A stretch of 64,000 bases of DNA from an uncultured Vicinamibacteraceae bacterium. Its GTDB lineage: Bacteria > Acidobacteriota > Vicinamibacteria > Vicinamibacterales > UBA8438. Positions within the stretch are counted from its first letter, which is position 1, and each line of letters starts with the position of its first letter. Under the pieces are notes generated by a model. It was not told where the DNA came from. It did not search any database and saw nothing but the letters and a program-made list of their open reading frames with translations. Made by a program: the position numbers and the translations under genes. This document shows positions 57,145-64,000 of this stretch, piece by piece. Where the stretch lies: assembly GCA_964624855.1 (NCBI GenBank), contig CAZUZW010000003.1, forward strand, positions 18,883 through 82,882, given 5' to 3'.

Positions 57145-58056
57145 ATGGTACTAAGCGAGATGCGGCGACGGAAAGTCTTGTTTGTCGGTTTGCTTGGTGC
57201 GCTGCTCATCGCGGTTGCTCTAGCGCTCAACATAGGTTGGATCGTAGTGAATTGGCGGACTGGCCTCTGGTTGCTGATTGGGATTATCAGCTTCGCTGTA
57301 CTAATCGCCGGATTGGTGCTCAACACGGCCTTTCTCATCCGAGAGATTCGCACTACCGAACAACATAACGCTTTCATTCACGCGGTTACACATGAACTTA
57401 AGACGCCACTTGCGTCTATCAGGCTATATCTCCAGACGCTGCACCAACGAGACGTTGACCCGACCAGGAGAAAGGAGTTTCTTGAAACGATGCTCGCTGA
57501 TTCCGCACGTCTTCAATCAACCATTGATCAAGTGCTTTTGGCTGGGAAGACGGGTACGGCGACTCGCGTGGCTAACCCGATCGACATTGATTTGGCTGAA
57601 GTTGTCGGTGAATGCGTGACCGTGGCGGGCCGACGGCATCATCTAATTGACGGCGAGGTCGAAGTGATTGACCGGCTTCCGGAAGGAGAAGATGCCGTGG
57701 TGATGGGCGACCGTGAAGAGCTTCAGGCAGCTGTCACAAACCTGATTGACAACGCGATTAAATATTCCGGTGAACGGGTTAGGGTCGCGGTCGAGGTGGT
57801 TAAACTGGGTGCCAGAAGTGTCGCGATTAATGTTAGGGACCAAGGCATGGGGATTACGCGAGATGAGTTGAAACGTATATTTCGGCGATTTTATCGTATT
57901 CCAGGTGCTTTAAGTGCTCGAGTCAGGGGTACCGGGCTGGGCCTGTCAATCGTTCGTGCGGTGGCCAGACGGCACGGCGGTCGAGCCTACGCAGAAAGCG
58001 AAGGTGCTGGGAAGGGAAGCCGGTTCACACTTGAGCTTCCACTGAAGCCGTTATGA
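57145..58056 (+). CDS. Two-component sensor histidine kinase (2 TM helices, almost no periplasmic loop)
   Basis: HELKTPL, NLIDNAIKYS, DQGMG, GTGLGL. Confidence 0.93.
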   Translation: MVLSEMRRRKVLFVGLLGALLIAVALALNIGWIVVNWRTGLWLLIGIISFAVLIAGLVLNTAFLIREIRTTEQHNAFIHAVTHELKTPLASIRLYLQTLHQRDVDPTRRKEFLETMLADSARLQSTIDQVLLAGKTGTATRVANPIDIDLAEVVGECVTVAGRRHHLIDGEVEVIDRLPEGEDAVVMGDREELQAAVTNLIDNAIKYSGERVRVAVEVVKLGARSVAINVRDQGMGITRDELKRIFRRFYRIPGALSARVRGTGLGLSIVRAVARRHGGRAYAESEGAGKGSRFTLELPLKPL

Positions 58057-58781
58057 CACGACTACTCGTCGTCGAGGATGAAGAGCATATTGCAAACGGC
58101 TTGAAGTTCAATCTCGAAGCCGAAGGCTATTGTGTTGATACTGAAGAAAACGGAGAGGCAGCACTACGCAGGCTTACCAGTGAGCCTGACACCATCGACC
58201 TTGTTTTACTCGACGTAATGTTGCCGGGATTGGACGGTTTCGAGGTCGTTAGGCGTTTAAGATCCACCGGAAGTTTTGTCCCGGTTTTAATGCTTACCGC
58301 GAGAGGCGAAACTGGTGATGTGCTTCGTGGCTTCGAACTAGGTGCCGACGACTATTTACCAAAACCTTTCGATCTATCAATACTGCTCGCTCGAATTCAA
58401 GGGATCCTTCGCCGTAAGATGTGGCTCGCGAATAGTGCGGCTGAAGAATTTGCTGAACTACTTGATCAATACAGCTTCTGCGGTCGGCGGATTGATTTTT
58501 CTAAGCAAGTGATGGAGCGCGCCGGGGTTGAACAACCTTTGACGCTGACGGAGACGACACTGCTGCGCCATTTAATTCGTCGAGAGGGACAGGTTGTTCG
58601 CAGGGAAGTTTTACTCGAAGAGGTTTGGGGGGTGCGTCAGGATACAGACACGAGAACTGTCGATAATTTTATTTCTCGTCTCCGTCGAGCAATTGAAGAT
58701 GAACCATCGCATCCCCGCCACCTCCTAACCGTTCGAGGGGTGGGCTATCGATTTGTATCGAAGCCCGGGGATGCGAGCTAG
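58053..58781 (+). CDS. OmpR/PhoB-family response regulator
   Basis: VVEDE, LDVMLP, LTA, KPF; winged helix TRTVDNFISRLR...TVRGVGY. Confidence 0.94.
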   Translation: MTRLLVVEDEEHIANGLKFNLEAEGYCVDTEENGEAALRRLTSEPDTIDLVLLDVMLPGLDGFEVVRRLRSTGSFVPVLMLTARGETGDVLRGFELGADDYLPKPFDLSILLARIQGILRRKMWLANSAAEEFAELLDQYSFCGRRIDFSKQVMERAGVEQPLTLTETTLLRHLIRREGQVVRREVLLEEVWGVRQDTDTRTVDNFISRLRRAIEDEPSHPRHLLTVRGVGYRFVSKPGDAS

Positions 58782-58831
58782 AGACATTAAGGTCGCACAG
58801 CCTCCATCGCGCTCAGACCGGGCAAGACAAA

Positions 58832-58921
58832 TGGCGGAGAGAGTGGGATTCGAACCCACGGTAGAGTTTCCCCTACACACGCTTTCCAAGCGTGCTCCTT
58901 CAACCACTCGGACATCTCTCC
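58832..58921 (-). tRNA. tRNA-Ser (anticodon GGA)
   Basis: Minus strand GGAGAGATGTCCGAGTGGTTGAAGGAGCACGCTTGGAAAGCGTG...GGTTCGAATCCCACTCTCTCCGCCA. Confidence 0.96.
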
Positions 58922-59214
58922 CGCTAAACCGTGTCAATAGATTACAGTCGGCACCGTCAGTGCGACAATCACAACAATAAGCTTTTGTACGCAAATAGAT
59001 TCAAAGGCTGAATGATATGGTTCGTTGATGAACTTTCCCGGCGACTGCAGATAGCAATTTTAATTTGTATCTCAAGGAGTCAGGATCAAGACAATTCTCT
59101 CAAGTGCGGATGTGCTGGTTTGCTGGTTGCGGGGAGTGAACCGCTAGCGGGCGTGTAGTGTTTAGTGCCTTGCCACGCTAATCAGTGCCGGTTAGACTGA
59201 GCGTTCCAACGCGC

Positions 59215-59349
59215 GGTGACGGGTCGCCCCGCGGCTCGGATCCTGTGCAATTTCAGCCTACGAACCGCGTCAGGGCCGGAAGGCAGCAGCGCTAAGTAGT
59301 CACTGACATGTGCCGCAGGTTTATCCGGGTCGCGGTGAGCCCCGTTGCC
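59215..59349 (+). ncRNA. ffs: Signal recognition particle RNA (4.5S)
   Basis: Helix 8 motif GTCAGGGCCGGAAGGCAGCAGC inside a long hairpin (CCGCGGCTCGGAT/ATCCGGGTCGCGG; GGTGACGGG/CCCGTTGCC); upstream of dnaX; ends approximate. Confidence 0.9.
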
Positions 59350-59455
59350 TTGCCGAGAGATTGTTGTTAATGATTCGAGAGCGTCCATGATCCGAACAAT
59401 ACAACTGGCGTTTCTTGATTTCGAACTAGCTGTGAACTCCACCTAAACAATTTCC

Positions 59456-61141
59456 ATGGCCTATCAGGTTTTAGCGAGAAAGTATCGCCCGAAGAGCTTC
59501 GGCGACGTAGTAGGTCAGCGTGGGGTTACCCAGACCCTGCGAAATGCTATCGCCACAGACCGATTGGCTCAGGCGTTTGTGTTTGCCGGCCCGCGTGGCG
59601 TAGGCAAGACCACAACAGCGCGCATTTTGGCGCGAGCCCTTAACTGTGAAAAGGGTCCGACCCCTGATCCATGTGGTGCCTGTGAGTCCTGTAAAGAGAT
59701 TGCCGAAGGGCGCGACATTGATGTTCTCGAAATTGACGGCGCAACTCATACGAAAGTTGAAACGGTCCGCGAAGTCATTATCGCGGGGCTGTCTATGGCG
59801 CCGGTTAGGGACCGCTTTAAGGTCTTTATCATTGACGAGTGCCATCAGCTATCAACCTCGTCCTTTAATGCTCTTTTAAAATCAATTGAAGAGCCGCCAG
59901 CTCATGTGATTTTCATGATGGCTACGACTGAGTTGCGGAAGATTCCAGAAACAATTTTGTCGCGCTCTCAAGTGTACCAACTGCGGATGATTACCACGCC
60001 CGTGATAGCGGATGCACTTCGCAAAATATCGACATTAGAAGAGATTGCGATCGATGATGTAGCCATCGATCTAGTCGCCCGCGCGGGTAATGGCAGTATG
60101 CGGGATGCTCAGAGCGCGCTTGACCAAGTTGTGGCGTTTACAGGCGATAAGGTTGGAGTAGAGGAAGTGTCGACTGTACTCGGGTTGATCGGGCGAGAAA
60201 CTGTACTGGATGTTGTTGAAGTTGTAGCAAACGAAGACCCTGCGAATGTGTTCAAACTGTCCGGACGTTTTGTTGAGGCCGGATACGACCTTCGTTTAGT
60301 GTGCCGCGAACTCACACGCGTGATAAGAGACCTGCTCGTGCTTTCAATTGATGCTACTCGCGCAGATGACCAAGAGATTACCGGAGACGCAGAGCGGTCT
60401 CGGTTAATCAGTTTAGTACAACGATTCTCGCGGGAAGATCTGATGCGGGCCTTCGACGTGTTTGCTGCGGCCGAACTCGCGATCCGAACCGCTGCCCAGC
60501 CAAGATACCACTTCGAAATGGCAGTCCTCAAGTGGATGCATCTCAAGAAACTAATTCCGCTGACCACACTGCTTGCTGGGGATTCTGTTCCCACGAGAAC
60601 GGCTAAAACGGGACGTGGTGGTGGTAGTGTGAAGGCATTAAAACCGTCTCGCTCGACTGCGGGTTTGGGAGACAAGGCGACAACGAGTTTGAAGGGTACA
60701 ACCGTTTCATCGGATTCGATGAAACAAGTAAAAAAATCGAAACCTTCAGCTTCTGTCTCGGAGTCACATGGGCCGGAAGCGGGAACGGCTGAAATCTTGG
60801 TTGAACTTAAGCGTGTAAAAAAATTTTTTTACGGCACCGTCGTTGCGCAGGCACAGAGAGTCGACCTGGAGGGAGACAAGTTAATTTTTGGTTTTACGTC
60901 TGGTCAGCGGACACTTGCTTCTCAAGTTACGCAGAATCGAGCGTGGCTTGAGCAGATTGCATCGACGGTGGTTGGCCGGAAGATTATGGTGAGCACAGAG
61001 CAAGGCGAATCGAGAGTGGATACTGAGTTTGTTGAGGTCGCAGCGGATGATCTTAGGCAACAGGTCATGAACGATCCACTGGTGCAGTCGGTCCTGGAGG
61101 TGTTTCCAGCGGAGATTGCTGATGTGGAAAAGCTTAAGTAG
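59456..61141 (+). CDS. dnaX: DNA polymerase III subunit gamma/tau
   Basis: LARKYRP, GPRGVGKTT, NC...PCGACESC, IIDECH, LLKSIEEPP, GSMRDA. Confidence 0.97.
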   Translation: MAYQVLARKYRPKSFGDVVGQRGVTQTLRNAIATDRLAQAFVFAGPRGVGKTTTARILARALNCEKGPTPDPCGACESCKEIAEGRDIDVLEIDGATHTKVETVREVIIAGLSMAPVRDRFKVFIIDECHQLSTSSFNALLKSIEEPPAHVIFMMATTELRKIPETILSRSQVYQLRMITTPVIADALRKISTLEEIAIDDVAIDLVARAGNGSMRDAQSALDQVVAFTGDKVGVEEVSTVLGLIGRETVLDVVEVVANEDPANVFKLSGRFVEAGYDLRLVCRELTRVIRDLLVLSIDATRADDQEITGDAERSRLISLVQRFSREDLMRAFDVFAAAELAIRTAAQPRYHFEMAVLKWMHLKKLIPLTTLLAGDSVPTRTAKTGRGGGSVKALKPSRSTAGLGDKATTSLKGTTVSSDSMKQVKKSKPSASVSESHGPEAGTAEILVELKRVKKFFYGTVVAQAQRVDLEGDKLIFGFTSGQRTLASQVTQNRAWLEQIASTVVGRKIMVSTEQGESRVDTEFVEVAADDLRQQVMNDPLVQSVLEVFPAEIADVEKLK

Positions 61142-61197
61142 AGAAAGTATTTTCCGAACATAGTTCGTAACCACACCATTGATAATCGAAGATTCTT

Positions 61198-61500
61198 ATG
61201 AATATCCAACAGATGATGAAACAGGCGCAGCAGATGCAAGAGAAGCTGCAACGAGAATTAGCTGAAACTGAGGTCGATGCCAGTGCCGGTGGCGGCATGG
61301 TTACGGTAGTTATGACTGGCCAGAAGCAGATTCGTCGGTTGACGATCGATCCGGAAGTTGTGTCCCAAGACGACGTTGAGATGCTTCAGGACTTAATCGT
61401 AGCGGCAATTAACGATGCACAGCGGAAGGTCGACGAATCGATAGCTGGCAAGATGGGTGGAATGATGGGGGGACTGAATATCCCTGGGCTCAGCGGATGA
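61198..61500 (+). CDS. ybaB: Nucleoid-associated protein YbaB/EbfC
   Basis: [28 protein letters not shown]; located between dnaX and recR. Confidence 0.95.
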   Translation: MNIQQMMKQAQQMQEKLQRELAETEVDASAGGGMVTVVMTGQKQIRRLTIDPEVVSQDDVEMLQDLIVAAINDAQRKVDESIAGKMGGMMGGLNIPGLSG

Positions 61501-62093
61501 CGCAGGTCGGTCCGCTCGTGAGACTGAGCGAACAACTTCAACGGTTACCTGGCATCGGTGCTAAAGGTGCCCAGCGCTTGGCATTTCACTTGCTACGTCA
61601 ACCGCGTGTCGAGGTCGATGCCTTGATTGGTGCTATTCGCGATCTCAAAGAACAGGTGACCTACTGCTCAGTTTGTTCCAACATTACCGACACGGACCCG
61701 TGCTTCTATTGTACGGACGTTAGTCGTGACCCAACGGTGATCTGTGTTGTCGAAGATCCGAATAACGTTGCCGTAATTGAAAATACTAAAGAGTTTAAAG
61801 GTAGGTACCACGTTTTAATGGGGGCAGTGTCACCTTTGCAAGGTATAGGTCCTGATGAACTGAAGATTAAGGGTCTTTTACAACGGGTGAGTGAGGGGGA
61901 CGTGACGGTGGTGGTGCTTGCTACGAATCCGAATGTCGAAGGCGAGGCGACTGCTCTCTATCTGGCAAAACTCTTAAAGCCGCTAGGTGTTAAGGTATCT
62001 CGCCCTGCCATCGGGTTACCTGTGGGCAGCGATCTTGAGTATGTCGACGAAGTTACTATGTACAAGGCAATGACCGGCCGCCGGGAGATCTAA
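61497..62093 (+). CDS. recR: Recombination mediator RecR
   Basis: [14 protein letters not shown]4 zinc finger, [21 protein letters not shown]. Confidence 0.97.
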   Translation: MTQVGPLVRLSEQLQRLPGIGAKGAQRLAFHLLRQPRVEVDALIGAIRDLKEQVTYCSVCSNITDTDPCFYCTDVSRDPTVICVVEDPNNVAVIENTKEFKGRYHVLMGAVSPLQGIGPDELKIKGLLQRVSEGDVTVVVLATNPNVEGEATALYLAKLLKPLGVKVSRPAIGLPVGSDLEYVDEVTMYKAMTGRREI

Positions 62094-62109
62094 GACATAC
62101 AGCTGAAAG

Positions 62110-63831
62110 TTAAGGCGAAGTGGTCTTTTTAAATATTTCCCTCAATATCTTTGTAGTTGTTGGTGCCTGTGCCTGAATTGATAGCGCCTTAACGTCAGAA
62201 CGGAGCCGCTCTAGACCATTTTTGTCATCGACGTCGTACCACTGCGGAAGCAGCTTGACATCTAATCCCGATTGTTCGGCGGCAAGTATGGTGTCGGCTA
62301 GTGTATGAGCGCTACTCCATCTAATGCCGGTGAATAAGTCTGGTACGCTTCTATTGGTGTCACTGGAGAGGGCAATCAGGTAGTAGCCACCGTCCAGGGC
62401 TGGACCAAGCACGATTGTTTTTGGCGTAACTGCGCTAACCGCCTGTTCTATGTAGTCGATTGGAAGGGTAGGCAGGTCGGATCCGACCATTACGATTTTT
62501 GTGAAACCATCCGCAAACAGGTCCTCAAACACACCTTCTTCTCGTTCGCCCAAGTCATTGCCTCGCTGCGCAAGTAGTTCATCGTCGACTAATCCAATCG
62601 GCATTGCAGCAAAGTCGGTCCTATCGCTCTCTGGTGTATACGCCAGTCGGATTGATACTCCGTCTATCGTCCGGCATGCTTGAACGGTGTCACGCAGAAA
62701 GGCCGAGTACAACCGGCGGCGATCGGTTTCGCTGTGAATAATTTCACTCAGGCGTGTCTTTGGTGGGGCACCCGATACGGGTGATCGGGCCATGATTACC
62801 ACGGCGACCTTGTGTGATCCGGTTTTCAATATTTGTTTCAACGAGAGACCGTGTCGCAACAAAAATAAAACGCCGATAGCTATCCAAACTAGAATTCGGC
62901 CCTTACGAATCAAGGCCAACGTCACACCAGTCGCTGTTCCTACAGCAAGAAGTTCGGCAAACATTCCGCTTCCTGCCTCGTCAACACCGACGCGGAGCGG
63001 TACGAATCGAAACGCAAAAGAGATGAATCGATTAGTCGCTTCAAAGATAAACGCGTGTAACAAGTTTGTTGGTACGGGACTCACCACTGACAAGATCAGA
63101 AACACTTCGAGGATTGCGACCAAGTGGAACGAGAACTCTAGAAATGCCAAAGATACCAGTTGATTACGGTGCCTCGGATAGAGCGTATAAACGGTTTCCT
63201 CAATGTTGCGGACACGCGCAGAAAACTGCTCCAATATCTCGGGAGTGAGGCCACGACGTTTAAACCAGTTGAGTACGCCGCTTCCAATACGAAAATTCTT
63301 CCAGATGGTCCAATGAACTGCGACAACGAGACCAGCTAATGTGAGAACCAATATCACCGTGGGTGGTCCCAACTGGGTCGGTGTTTGAAACATCAGAAGC
63401 GTGGCTATCATGCCGCCACCAATTACCAAGATGGCGCTTAAGGTGTAGAAAAGGTTTTCGATGGCTAGTGCCGGCAAGGTTCTGTTGAGGGGTTCACGGT
63501 GTCTCAAAAACATCCCTTTTGCCGGTTCGCTCACCAGAATGCTGAGCGGGGTTAAGTTCCCTAACGAGTCACCGACAACAACGGCCTTGAAAACTTCTGT
63601 AACCGTTAAACGGTGAGGACCGTCCAGACATTTAATCCATGCTGCCGCCCTTATTGCGAACCGGACCCCACCGAGCAATACGACGATGATGAACACTCCG
63701 CCAAGGCGGCGAATTCCTTCTCCGACATCGTCGATACCCGCTCGACGGAGGAAGTATGTGAAGAGTGCGAGTGCGAGCAGTGTCGTCGCAACGCTGGCAA
63801 GCGTTGGACGGCGGTTGAGGTCACCCTGCAT
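62110..63831 (-). CDS. Fusion: LPG-synthase-TM/UPF0104 flippase-like membrane domain plus DUF2064/TIGR04282-like (CofC-like GT-A) domain
   Basis: N-terminal 8-9 TM helices with GNLTP...SEPAK and GVDEAG; C-terminal MARSP...KTRL, QRGNDLGER, GSDLP, GPALDGGYYLI, WS, DVD. Confidence 0.8.
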   Translation of the reverse strand: MQGDLNRRPTLASVATTLLALALFTYFLRRAGIDDVGEGIRRLGGVFIIVVLLGGVRFAIRAAAWIKCLDGPHRLTVTEVFKAVVVGDSLGNLTPLSILVSEPAKGMFLRHREPLNRTLPALAIENLFYTLSAILVIGGGMIATLLMFQTPTQLGPPTVILVLTLAGLVVAVHWTIWKNFRIGSGVLNWFKRRGLTPEILEQFSARVRNIEETVYTLYPRHRNQLVSLAFLEFSFHLVAILEVFLILSVVSPVPTNLLHAFIFEATNRFISFAFRFVPLRVGVDEAGSGMFAELLAVGTATGVTLALIRKGRILVWIAIGVLFLLRHGLSLKQILKTGSHKVAVVIMARSPVSGAPPKTRLSEIIHSETDRRRLYSAFLRDTVQACRTIDGVSIRLAYTPESDRTDFAAMPIGLVDDELLAQRGNDLGEREEGVFEDLFADGFTKIVMVGSDLPTLPIDYIEQAVSAVTPKTIVLGPALDGGYYLIALSSDTNRSVPDLFTGIRWSSAHTLADTILAAEQSGLDVKLLPQWYDVDDKNGLERLRSDVKALSIQAQAPTTTKILREIFKKTTSP

Positions 63832-64000
63832 AATCAGACGTCATGACGTGGGTGTCCTTCCATATCCCGGCGGCAATCATTTTACTTGGAGGAGGGCTTC
63901 TTGCGTGTTTTTTTGGTTATCGTCTGCATCGATTACTTCTTGCTTTTTACGGTTTAGTAGGCGGACTGGCAATTGGCAGTTTCTTGGTGGGAGACTTGCC

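Noticed and set aside
59110..59215. Possible Alu domain of a large (Bacillus-type) SRP RNA (GCGGGGAG...CCGCTAGCGGG)
   Set aside because: Intervening conserved elements are missing, and a TAGACT -10-like box near 59193 fits a small 4.5S transcript. An Rfam search would settle it.
60815..60832. Perfect 18-bp palindrome GTAAAAAAATTTTTTTAC as an operator
   Set aside because: Explained by coding for V-K-K-F-F-Y inside dnaX; kept only as a possible slippage site.
1..64000. CRISPR arrays, transposases, integrases, prophage genes
   Set aside because: No regularly spaced repeats and no DDE, recombinase or phage motifs recognised in any ORF.
63840..64000. Possible 3' end of an upstream minus-strand gene
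   Set aside because: Too short and truncated by the window edge to support a call.

Overview
Gene-dense bacterial chromosomal window, probably from an Acidobacteriota (Vicinamibacteria-like) genome. That assignment is inferred from gene families only (futalosine menaquinone genes, Oar-type TonB receptor, expanded secreted families). 1-27.5 kb is cofactor and metal housekeeping: a membrane-anchored DtxR-FeoA regulator with feoB; a thiocarboxylate sulfur-relay operon (cysteine synthase-rhodanese, JAMM protease, ubiquitin-like sulfur carrier, MoeZ) followed by iscR-iscS-iscA; mqnD and mqnE; a cobalamin-riboswitch-controlled btuBDCF operon; nadA, sodA, moeA/moaB, GH3 and tRNA-Arg. 27.6-51.2 kb is a cluster of almost entirely exported or membrane proteins. 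Its most striking content is two heme-c-fused copper type II (PHM/DBH-like) monooxygenases with apparently complete CuH/CuM ligand sets, one divergently paired with a PAL-like beta-propeller. This is a candidate bacterial periplasmic PAM-like hydroxylation/amidation system with its own cytochrome electron donor. The cluster also holds a TonB receptor with a candidate sigma54/IHF promoter, a PQQ dehydrogenase and duplicated hydrolase families. 51-64 kb is core genome: cimA, UbiD, tadA, two tRNA-Ser genes, a desaturase, a two-component system, SRP RNA, dnaX-ybaB-recR and an unusual flippase-like/DUF2064 fusion. No CRISPR array, transposase or integrase was seen. All calls come from reading motifs by eye; no database searches were run.
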